Source of the DNA: Eledone cirrhosa
Taxonomy: Eukaryota
Direction: 5' to 3'
Assembly: GCA_964016885.1 (NCBI GenBank)
Contig: OZ024742.1
Coordinates: 43,958,001-44,022,000 of the forward strand
Length of the DNA: 64,000 nucleotides
The notes under the pieces are model-generated. The model did not search any database. It worked only from the letters and a program-made list of their open reading frames with translations, and was not told the DNA's origin. Positions 53,538-64,000 of this stretch are shown in pieces (positions within the stretch are counted from its first letter, which is position 1; each line of letters opens with the position of its first letter). The translations under genes and the position numbers were made by a program.

Positions 53538-53879
53538 GGAGGCACATGGCTTAGTGGTTAGAGCATTGGCCTTGCAATCGAAAGGTTGTGAGTTCAATTC
53601 TCGGACCGGGTGATGTGTTGTTTCCTTGAGCAAGACACTTTATTTCACATTGCTCCAGTTTACTCAGCTGTAGAAATGAGATGATAGGGACTGGGGTCCA
53701 TAACATTCCACTGCAAAGTGGTCATGGAGGTGCCACGGCAAAAAAGCACCCAGCACTCACTGTAAATGAGGTTGGTGTTAGGAAGGGCATCCAGCTGTAG
53801 AAATCAAGCCAGAATCAGTTCCCGTCCCACCCTTGCAAGCAGGGAAAAGCGGACGTAAAATGAAATGATGATGATGAAA
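53538..53879 (+). mobile_element. S1 SINE (tRNA head, central domain, RTE tail)
   Basis: A box tggcttagtgg 53547-53557, B box gttcaattc 53592-53600; tail shared with RTE family 2. Confidence 0.9.
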
Positions 53880-54936
53880 TGATATGAGTGTGTGTGTGGT
53901 CCACACTGTAAATGTGGTTGGTGTTAGGAAGGGCATCCAGCCGTAGAAAACCTGCCAGATAGTCCTATATGAGCGAGACACGGTCACCCGACCAACCTTG
54001 CCTCAAGTGGGACAACTCCCGTCTAACCCATGCTAGCGTGGAAGATGGATGTTAAATGAAGATGATGATGAGATGATGATATATATATTTTGTGTGTATA
54101 TCACCATCATGATCATCATTTAATGTCCATTTCCCACTCTAGTATGGGTTAGACGAATTGCCCTATTCTGAGGCAGGCGGGGTCTGATGACCATGAATTG
54201 CTCATACAGAACTGGTTTTGAGTTGGTTTCTACGGTCGGATGCCCTTATCACCAAACACTATGTGTGTATATATTTTTCATCACATCGGCTGTCTAATGA
54301 GCAGATTAATAATGGAGTCAGGTCAATAACTCCTACGGATGACCTTGAGCCAATCCTCTGTGAAACGAACATAACGGGTCCATTACACAATAAGAAATAT
54401 TATACATGTAAACAAAACTTCCTTGTTTTTTCTAATATATATAATTTCATAAGTCACTATGGTTGAATAGCCTTCGGATACAAGTTGAACATAGCCAAAT
54501 AAATATTATGACTATATTCTACCCAATTTGGTGAGGCCAAGGGATGGTTGTGTGTACATTATATATGTATGGGTGTTGCATTTCATATCTGGCTAACTAG
54601 TTTCAGGGTTGGTGACATGCATGCATGCATTCATAACTACATTACATACACATATATATAGTATACAGCACATGCATACTTACATAAATATGCACACATG
54701 TACACACACACATTTATACTGTATTCAACATACCTCTACTATATATATATATATATGTGAGAGAGAGAGCTCTACTACATACAATATACATACACACACA
54801 CTATTTCTTATTTATACAATATACATAGCTTCACTACATACATAGATGTACTACTTCCAAGTTAGGATAGGTGGCAGTATTTTGTTTGCTCCACTCCTTA
54901 CATCTATTAACATGGCATCTAACATAATATAACAAA

Positions 54937-55013
54937 CAGGGTGTCCCCCAAAAATGTATACACACCTCAATAGCATTTAATAAAAGTGTGTATACATTTT
55001 GGGGGACATCCTG
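54937..55013. mobile_element. 77-bp Tc1/mariner-type hairpin MITE
   Basis: ~28-bp TIRs cagggtgtcccccaaaaatgtatacacac / gtgtgtatacattttgggggacatcctg, followed by TA. Confidence 0.75.
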
Positions 55014-55033
55014 TACGTACACACACATACATA

Positions 55034-55235
55034 TATGCAGGTCAGCTGAAAAGTTCATTGACTAACCAAGATACTCTCACGGAATGACCAAATGGGGTTT
55101 ATTTTCCAACATAGTCCCTGGAAAGAAACAATGCAAGCTATTAATAAGAAGAGATAAAATTAATACATGCAAGATTTCACAGCTCTAGCATCAATCCTTC
55201 ATAATCAGCCTATGAACTTTTCAGCCGACTCATAT
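55034..55235 (+). mobile_element. Mariner-type MITE
   Basis: TIR gtcagctgaaaagttcat / atgaacttttcagccgac in a TA context; second copy at 14113. Confidence 0.78.
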
Positions 55236-55329
55236 ATATGAGTGATCTCACAGTTGGTGTGTACAGACTCTGTGACTGACTATTTCAGTTATTTTGATCA
55301 AAGTAACCACCTACATTTTGTATCAGATT

Positions 55330-55935
55330 AGAGTGGCACTCCGTCGGTTACAACGACAAGTATTCCTGCTGATACGATCAACAGAACAGCCTGCTCATGA
55401 AATTAATGGGCAAGTGGCTGAGCATTCCACAGACACACGTACCTTTAACATAGTTCTCGGGGAGATTCAGCATGACGCAGAATATGACAAGGCTGACCCT
55501 TCGAATTACAGGTACAACTCATTTTTGCCAGCTGAGTGGACTGGAGCAACGTGAAATGAAGTGTTTTGCTCAAGAACACAACACGTAACCCAGCCCAGGA
55601 ATCGAGCCCACGACATTATGATCGTAAGTGCAACACCCTTACCACAAGGCCACACTGAAATAATGCATTATGTTGGAGTTCTATTGGTTACAATGATGAG
55701 TGTTCCCATTATTCAAACAGTGAAACAACCTGCTCATGAAATTAATGTGCAAGTAGCTGAACATTCCATAAACATGTATATTCTTAACATAGTTCTCAAG
55801 GAGATCTAGTGTGACACAGTGTGTGACAAGGCTGACTTTGAATTACTGGGGCAACTCATTTTTTCCAACTGAGTTAACTGGAGTAAAGAGAAATAAAGTC
55901 TTACTAAAAGGCACAAAAATCAAGCTCACAACTTA
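55330..55935 (-). mobile_element. Two tandem copies of tRNA-derived SINE family S3
   Basis: Repeated gcctgctcatgaaattaatg.gcaagt.gctga...caactcattttt.cca.ctgagt; related pieces at 23065-23850 and 61790-62230. Confidence 0.78.
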
Positions 55936-57307
55936 TGTAAAAATGTGGCCTATTAGACACTCATGTGTATATGTAACTAGAAAAAGAAAAGAAAACCTGC
56001 AGTATTGCTGCAGTCCAATGACTGACACCAATAAGGCATTTAGTCAACCATTTTCCTGTTTTATCCAAAACAATATTAACTAGCCATAGAATTTGTTTTT
56101 TTAAATTTACAGATCTTCATAATATTGTGTCTTTATGTTAAGTTTTGATTTTGTCTTCAATTTCGTTCTATAGTTGAGGTTCTTTAACTTTTAACATCCT
56201 GTAATGATTTAGCAGAAAATATCTTTAAAATACTTTGTTAATTCAGAAGTTTATTGTACCTTCACTTGTACACAAATAATTACAAGAATATGCAGTAAAC
56301 AATTTTCAATGTGATGCAGTCATAGTACTGATTTTTACTTTTCAAGAATGCCTTGTTAATGTGTTTTCATGCAGTACATTATTGAGTTAAACTAGAGACC
56401 TTGCTCAAACACTAGCAACAGAGGGGGCTCAGCTAAAGGCACCTACGGACCATGTGATAGTGGTAAACTGACAACTAATATGAACTACATGGAAACTTAC
56501 TTACTTTTGTGTTTTATAAAAATTATTTTCTTTACCTTTTTGATACCATCCCGGCTGAAACCAGTCTAATTTTTTATAAGAACTTTTTTCTTAAGTTAGT
56601 ATATATACAAGAAATAAGTGACAAAAAAAAAAAAAATCATAAAATGGGGTCAACTTATATTTGAGGTGCTAAAATATTTTTGTTTTAGAGATGAATATTA
56701 TGCTGGTTTTATTTTGGAGGTGAATATTACACCAATTTCACTTTGGAGGTAAAATATGTTTTGAATGAATATGGCCATCAAAATGGTCGAAAAGTGGTAA
56801 AAAATCATTACGTAATGGCGTTGTGAAACAAAAATTATACTCTAAATGAGACTTAAAACAATTTTAAATATTGAAATATTAAAACTTCATAAATATATTC
56901 TCTAGTCACGAGAATTTTAAAAATGCATAATAATAATAATAATCAATTTGTTTGTAAGAAAACAGCCTCATTATGCTAAGTTTTTTAGATGACCATCACC
57001 ATCGTTTTGTTCTAGCAGTGACAGAGAGAAACAACCAACAATATTTTGTTTCTGGCTTATTGTCCTTTATCAAGATTATGTATCTCTTTACTCTTGAGAA
57101 TATTTAGTATTCTCTAAAGTATACATTAGCCTAATTAGTATACCGAGCGATTTTTCAGCACAGGGTCTTTTATTAAAAATAAGAAAACAATGTTAGTGGA
57201 TTAGTAGAATTGTCTTCGTCAGACAAATACTTGACAGTATTTATCTCAGCTAATTGTGATTTTGTCATGACAGTGAACTGCTGTTTAATGTTTATTTTAT
57301 TTTACAG

Positions 57308-57387
57308 GTTCGGAATGACTACATGCTTGATGTGGCTGAACATGTCGACCATGATGTTGCTATTCGACTTGGTTGTATTGAAATGAG
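57308..57387 (+). CDS. PTK2: FAK exon D (VRNDYMLDVAEHVDHDVAIRLGCIEMR)
   Basis: ttacag|GTT acceptor, AG|gtgaga donor, 80 nt, phase 0 to 2. Matches VKSDYM...ALKLGCLEIR (F2 lobe). Confidence 0.94.
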
Positions 57388-57774
57388 GTGAGAGATAAAA
57401 TATATCCTTTATCTTATATCCATTCCTCTATTTGATGTCTTCATTGTTATCATCAGTCATCACTCAATCATTACCTTTACATTTGCTTTTCCATGCTGGC
57501 ATGGTATGAATGTGATGTTTTTGAGGTTGAGTTTTATGGCTGGATGCTTTTCCTAATGCTGACTCTTTCAGTTACCTTTTACAACAAGCAGGGACATGGA
57601 GTACCTATTGGAGAGATTTCCATGGTCTCTCTTTACCAACTGCTTTACATAGTGTAATGAGTATACTTTATTGTGGTATACATCATAGTCTAGTTTTCTG
57701 TTGTCATGGGTTGGACAGGTTGTTTTCACTGTCATCATGGCATAGATTTTGTGTGTGTGTGTATCGCTGAACTC

Positions 57775-58198
57775 GCTATCTTCAATTTAGTATTCATGCC
57801 AACCCTTATCTATGATCATGAATCTTGGGTAATGACTGAAAGAATATGATTGTGAATACAAGCAGCCAAAAATGGGATTCCTCTGAAGAGTTTTTTGTGT
57901 AATGTTTATTAATAGCATGCATAGCTCAGAGATCAGGGAGTCACTCCATGTAGAGCTGCTACTTGTCCCAATTAAGAGATCAATGTCTCAGAAAAGAATC
58001 GCTGGACAGATTTTACAGGTAAAACCAACCAGCAGGAGACCCAGGAGTGGATCCCAAGCAAGATGGTTGGATTACATCCATGAGCTTGGCTGGTCTCGCT
58101 TGGGGATCCAACCGGATCAATTGGAGATGGTTACTTCTGACAGGACTTGCCGGAGAGCGTGTTTGAGGACTCTGCCTGCTCGTCCTTCCCAGGAATAA
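57775..58198 (+). mobile_element. Rex3/Expander-like RTE, 3' fragment
   Basis: IFMPTLIYDHESWVMTER, SSEIRESL.VE.LL, RRPR....RWLDYI..LGWSRLGI...LP.RP. Confidence 0.75.
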
Positions 58199-58529
58199 GT
58201 AGGCAAAGAAGAACTTAAGTGTTAAAGTAAACCAACTACAAACTAAAATGTCATTGCAAGTTCCTATCATGCTCCCATTACAAAAGAAATTTTGCCTTTT
58301 AATTATAAGCAATTCACAACAGTGTGTGATACTACTGGGCAGCATGGTATAAGCAAGCCACATCGGACACTGGAATAGTTCCTTTATTTTCCTTGGAAAA
58401 AGAGATGTTAATCTCAAAATATCAGGCCATAATTAAATTAAGGTAAAAAATACTCCTCGTTTCTTACGACAATTATTTGTTTATTCGTCCATTCCACATT
58501 GTTGTGGCTTTCAAGCTCGAATTCTTTAT

Positions 58530-58720
58530 ACTTTATTTCATGTTTCCCCAGTATACTCAGCTGAAAATGAGTACCAGCTGTAGCTAGGGGTTTAACCCTG
58601 CAATAGACTGGCATACTGTTCAGGGGGAAGTCATGTATTCTCAGTCACTTAATGCCAAGGAAACCAGGATAAGCACCAGTCTGATGAACCTCTGGGTTTG
58701 AGACAGATTTTAGACTTTAA
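58530..58720 (+). mobile_element. V-domain-like SINE
   Basis: aaccctgcaatagactggcatactgttcagggg...gaaaccaggataagc...(gacttta) tail. Confidence 0.6.
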
Positions 58721-58784
58721 TCTTTTACACATTCGCACACACTAAAATATCTTTCAAATATATTTTAATTTTCTTATGTTGTAG

Positions 58785-58902
58785 ACGTTTCTTCAAAGAC
58801 ATGCCCCAAGCTGCTCTAGACAAGAAATCAAATTTTGAATTTCTAGAAAAAGAAGTTGGAATTAAACGATTTATACCACGGAACATTATTGAATCTACAA
58901 AG
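58785..58902 (+). CDS. PTK2: FAK exon E (RFFKDMPQAALDKKSNFEFLEKEVGIKRFIPRNIIESTK)
   Basis: gtag|A acceptor, AAG|gtaaat donor, 118 nt, phase 2 to 0. LDKKSNFE.LEKEVG signature of FAK/Pyk2. Confidence 0.95.
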
Positions 58903-58973
58903 GTAAATAACTTAAGCACCTCCTCATTTACTCTATTAACACAGTCTTTTAATTGAACTAAGTGTGTAGGTGT

Positions 58974-59007
<34 letters not shown>

Positions 59008-59941
59008 TGTTATATGGTGGTGTGGCATGGAGTATGATGATATATGGTAATGACATGGAGTATGTCTGTAATGTGTGTGTGTGTGATGATACATGGTAGT
59101 ATGGAGTGCAATAGTACATGGTGGTCTGACATGTGGTATTTATAATGTTAGTGTGGCATGAAGGGTGTGGGGGTACATGGCAGTATCACATGAGGGATGT
59201 GTAGATATGTATAAAAATAAAATATATACACATACATAAATACATGCACATCTAGATACACATCCATGTATATATGAATTCATATGTAGACATAGCTGCA
59301 CATGCACACATTCCTATCTAGTGCTCACTTCTAGTCATCTAAACTTACTATTAAAAATTAAATTTTTCTCTTTTATTTTTCAGTTTTTAAATGAATTCAT
59401 TTATTGATTAACTAACCCTTCTGGTTCTTTAAAAGAAAACCACCCATTTTGATATAATGATATATTGAAAATTATTGTGTACAGTGCTCAGGTGCACTAC
59501 AACAATTTTAAAGGGTTCCTATATAAACTAAAACCTAACATAAATTATATATAAAAAAAACCTTTTGTTGTGTTAAAATTAGTATCTTAAAATTGAAATA
59601 ACTAATTTTAGTAAATCCTCCCAAATTTCTCATTAATTAAAATGCACTGTATTTCATTAGAAATATAGTAATGAAAGTTACCGTACATACTTGAATATAA
59701 GCCGATTCAAATATATACTGACCCCACTGTTTTATGTCTGAGAAATGGGCAAAAATCCAAACCTGATTTACATAGAATTTGAAATTAGTGAAAATTGTCA
59801 AAATATTGACCTTGAAAATAAGCTACCCACTATCTTCTACCATTGATTTTTTTTTTTTTTTTTTTTTTTATCACATATTCCTCAGCCTATATTTTAATAT
59901 ATATATATATGGTAATTTGTTTTTATAATTTATTCTTTCAG

Positions 59942-60082
59942 GCTAAAAACTTGCGAAGATTGATTCAAAATCGTTTTAAGACTTATTCATCACTGAGTGA
60001 ATCTGAATGTGTTTTTAAATTCTTTGAAACTTTGTCTACTGTTACCAAATTCAACCAAGAGCGCTTTAAATGTGCCTTAGGG
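59942..60082 (+). CDS. PTK2: FAK exon F (AKNLRRLIQNRFKTYSSLSESECVFKFFETLSTVTKFNQERFKCALG)
   Basis: tttcag|GCT acceptor, GGG|gtaagt donor, 141 nt. With exon E it reconstitutes K|AKNLRR, the KAKTLRK basic patch; ends in FKCALG. Confidence 0.95.
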
Positions 60083-60629
60083 GTAAGTGTTCTCTCTTAG
60101 CTTTCATTCATTTCCACAAATTGTTCTTTCTATTTCAATAAAGCTTTATTGACTATTATTTTCACCAGTATAATCACACTCATCAAAGGCAATGAATTGG
60201 GTCCTTAGAACATAGAATAAAATGCTTTGCAGCATTTATTCCAGCTCTCTGCACTCTCAGAGTTCAAATCATGCTGAGGTCAACTTTTCTTTCTTCCTTT
60301 AGAGGTTGATAACAAAAATGTATCAGTTCAGTACTGCTGTTGATTCTTCCTCTCTCTCACTCTCCCTCCTCTCATACATGCGTATAAATAGAGGCCAACC
60401 AAGCAGATAAGTGGACCAAATGTTAAATATTTTTATCAAGAAATAGTTAAAATCTCAACTTGCAGTTAGATATATTGTTAACATTTGAATATTTACATAG
60501 CAAAAGAAAAGAGCAAAATAGAGGAAAACAGATTAGATAAGTTTATTGAATATCAAATAATCTTTTCTTTTTATTATAGAGAATTAGTTTATAGATTTGA
60601 ACATATATAACTTAACTGAAACATAAGAT

Positions 60630-60800
60630 AATAATGTAAATTATTGTGTACAGTGCTCAGGTGCACTGCAACTCATCAAAGGTGCATGTATAGTATATAG
60701 AATAATGTACAAATGTCAGGAAAATGAACAGTGAATGAGTCATGATATACACACACAGACATTCATGCATGTGTATGGAGAGGGGGATATCGGGTGTAGA
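60630..60800 (-). mobile_element. CR1 3'UTR stub
   Basis: Matches 51370-51525; other stubs at 45860-45965 (+), 47455-47510 (+) and 59465-59502. Confidence 0.82.
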
Positions 60801-61626
60801 TATGATGTATTTTTCTCTCATTGCTATATTTTATCAATAAAAATTTAGAAGGGAGTATAGAGGTCAGGGCTAACAACCTTACTTCTATTAAGATTGCTAC
60901 ATAAACAACAAAAGTTACCCAATGCTCCACAGGGAATAAAAAGGGACTAAAGAAATAGAATGTAATTATTTATATGTTGTATCTGTATATTTTAAAACTT
61001 GTCCTAACACTTGTTGTATAACGTTTTTTATCTCCATTTTATATAACTTATTAGTCCCACCCAAACTGATGACGTAGTAAGAGATAAAGCATGTAAAATT
61101 AAAGAATATACATTGGTGGGGTGTGAGGTGGAGATACATGACATAATCTCCAGAAACAGTGTCTACCAACTGACCATTTTTAATCCTTTTGATACCAACA
61201 CGCCTAAGACTGCACTGGTTTTATGATACAAAATTGCTCGTTTAAAATGTTCATACATATATTTGGGAACATTTTGTCAAATAATGTTCCAAACATCAGC
61301 TTATTAATGTTAAAAGTTAGATTTCCTCTTCTTTTTCTTTATATTCTTCTTATACTTATTATTCTTATTATTCTCTTCTTGAATCCTCAAACACTCCTTT
61401 CAGAGTGTCCTATCAGAAGCAACTGTCTCCAAAGATCCAGCTGGATCCTCAAGTGAGACCAACCATCTTACTCATAGTCTGCCTCTGGGTCTCCTGCCAG
61501 TTGGTTTTACCCATAAAATCTAACAATTGGAAACTTTAATTAATTAATTTAAGCACAGACAGTCTATTTCATTAAAAATACAGTAACACAAAGGGTTAAA
61601 GATTTATTTTAATGTTCTCTTTACAG

Positions 61627-61704
61627 GATGGCTGGCGCATTTCTGTAGATTTGGTGGTTGGACCAGATGTTGGTATCAGTTACCTCACAGAAAAAGCATC
61701 CACG
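61627..61704 (+). CDS. PTK2: FAK exon G (DGWRISVDLVVGPDVGISYLTEKAST, FERM F3)
   Basis: ttacag|GAT acceptor, ACG|gtatgt donor, 78 nt. Matches SSWIISVELAIGPEEGISYLTDKG. Confidence 0.94.
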
Positions 61705-62506
61705 GTATGTAGATTTTCTTTTCTATTGTTCCTTTGACTTATTGTTTTTTGTTCTTCACCTGTCTGGACACTACAGTGTACTGGAAGGAGTGAAGGTGCT
61801 TAGTTTAGTGGTTAGCATGTTTGACTCTCAGTTGGGAGTTCAATTACTAGGTCATGAATTCAATTCCCATTGGTATGTTGTCTCTTTAAGCAAGATATTT
61901 TATTTCCTGTTGTTCCAGTTGACTCAGCTGGAAAAAATGAGCCGTAAATGTCCTGCTGAATCTCCCTGAGAACTACGTTATGGTTCAATACAAAATACAG
62001 GAAATATGGTATAGTCATCTGTCAGTTTCTACAATGAGTGTTCAGGTTGTTTAATCAATGGGAGTGCTTGTTCATCAAATTAACATGAATTACAGGCACA
62101 ACTCATTTATTTCAGCTGGGTGGACTAGAGCAACAGTGAGTAGAAAGTATCTTGCTCAAGGACATATGGGAATCAAATTCATGACCTTACAATCATGAAC
62201 TGAACACCTAACCATTAAGCTACATACCTTCACACTACTACTATTATTAACAATGATGTTGATGATATAATAGTTTAATTGAATTACTGTCATTTGTAGA
62301 TGGTTGAAGTGTTGTGAAGACTTTCTGAATAGATATAGAACAAAACATGTAACAGGATATCTTTAATGTGGTATGATATAGATAAACCTTGCTTGGCATT
62401 TAGAGAATGTTAATGTTGTTGTTGATAGCTGCTGGGGGCAGAGATGATGGACTTAAAATTACAGTGAACCAATCTGCCTGTGTCTGTTCATTTTTGTACT
62501 TTTATA

Positions 62507-62563
<57 letters not shown>

Positions 62564-63034
62564 GGAAATAACATTAAAAAATAGTACCAGAGAACAACAC
62601 AAAATAATAAGAGTATACTAGTATATTATTTGTTAAACTTTAGAAGAGTTTTAAGGTTTCAGACACTAGTCCTTCATCAGAAGTGAAGAGAGAATAGCTG
62701 TTTGGGAGAGAGGGGTAAAAGGAAGACATACAAAATATAAATAGGAAAATGGAGAAAAGAGAAAGAAGAAATCATGTAGTTCTTAGTCAACCACCTTACA
62801 TGATAAAATATACCCAGTACACTCTGTAAAGTGTTTGGAAGGGCATCTGGCTATAGAAACAATACCAAATAAAAGGGCAGAGAGGACTATTAGTTATGTC
62901 AAAGACATGATAAGCACCCTAGTGTTGATGCCATGCTAAAATGCACCTAATGCACTCTTTAAAGTGGTTGATGGTAGTAGGAAAGGTATCCAGCTGTAGA
63001 AACCATGCCAAAACCAGAGGTCATTTGTCTAAGG

Positions 63035-63370
63035 CAGAGGTTCTTAAACTGGGTGCTACCGCTCCCCGGGGGAGCGTTGAGAAGATCCAGGGGGTGCTGG
63101 GGTCTAAGGGGGCAGTGGGGGGTGGTAGAGATACTATAGTATATTAAATATCAAATGATACATATTACATATTAATATACTAAAATAAAAAATGTATATT
63201 TATTTATTTATGCATAGTATATATTATTTATTATATATAAATTAATGATTTTATTATATATTATTTACAATTTCCGTGTGGGCAGGTCTCTCTGGAAATG
63301 GGGGGGGGGGGGCAATGAGAGTATTACGTGGCCGTGAGGCAGAGTGACCCAAAAAGTTTGAGAACCTCTG
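63035..63370. mobile_element. hAT (Charlie-like) MITE
   Basis: TIR cagaggttctyaaact; 8-bp TSD gtctaagg/gtctaggt. Confidence 0.8.
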
Positions 63371-64000
63371 GTCTAGGTGGCATTCCCTGGTCCAACTAGG
63401 ACAGTGTCTCCAATACAGTACTGACTTGGACTGTGGTGACCTGTCCAGCCCATGCTAGCATGAAAATATGAACACTAAATGATGATTCCACATACACATG
63501 CACACATGCATATTTATTATATACAACAAAGCACAAGTGAGTTGAGAAAAAATCTGGATATATGAAGAATCATATGCAGTGTGCAAGTGAGAAGGCTGCA
63601 CTGGTATAAACATGTGATATGTATATGGAAGATAAAGAGTGAAGATGTGCCAAGAGATCCTTGTGGAAAGAAGCTTCAGTAGAGGGAGACCAAGGAAGAT
63701 CAGGGCAAAAATTAGAGCTGTTCACAAAACACTGAACCTCTTGGAAGAGATAAAGGAGCATAATGAGTGGAAACAAGCATTTAAAAACAAATATAAAATG
63801 TTGATGACAATGGTATATACATGTATTATTAGTGGTAAGGGTGTTGGACTTATGATCATAATTTTGTGGGTTAGATTCCTGGACTGGGTTGTGTGTTGTG
63901 TTCTTGAGCAAAACACTTCATTTTATGTTTCTCCAGTGTACTCAACTGAAAATGAGTACCAGCTGTACTTATAGTCAAATGTTGTTTATATCTTAATAAC

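Noticed and set aside
53538-53612. tRNA gene (TGC anticodon-like loop)
   Set aside because: Has A and B boxes but poor stems, and continues into a SINE body repeated three times in the window.
53481-53633. N-terminal ~50 aa of the 705-aa ORF as part of a real protein
   Set aside because: It reads through an antisense SINE head and (TA)n/(CA)n; a chance in-frame fusion to a 5'-truncated CR1.
58655-58700. Hammerhead ribozyme (gaaac...ata...ctgatga)
   Set aside because: Core words are present but I could not form stems I-III, and the paralogous copy at 1025-1060 lacks CTGATGA. An Infernal search on the family consensus would settle it.

Overview
AT-rich, repeat-dense animal genomic DNA. The SINE and LINE families and the (CAT)n/(ATT)n/(TA)n microsatellites point to an octopus or other coleoid cephalopod (inference). 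The only host gene I can support is a + strand focal adhesion kinase (FAK/PTK2-Pyk2 family) gene. Seven GT-AG exons (22659-22880, 40481-40656, 41807-41894, 57308-57387, 58785-58902, 59942-60082, 61627-61704) splice in frame to 301 aa covering FERM F1, F2 and the start of F3; the gene continues beyond the window. The rest is intronic or upstream DNA full of transposons: several RTE LINE families (one with a PHD-type C4HC3 finger inserted inside the RT), a young CR1, a Tx1/L1-clade LINE, a relic of an RLE-type (CRE-like) LINE, several tRNA-derived SINE families, two non-autonomous Helitrons, and TTAA, hAT and Tc1/mariner MITEs. Top candidate: the 264-nt in-frame exon pair 40481-41894 sits between the two longest introns and is bracketed by a locus-specific ~220-bp inverted duplication plus an outer inverted RTE pair. 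This predicts a back-spliced circRNA with a stop-free reading frame, or an in-frame FERM-deleted isoform. All family assignments come from motif recognition, not database searches.
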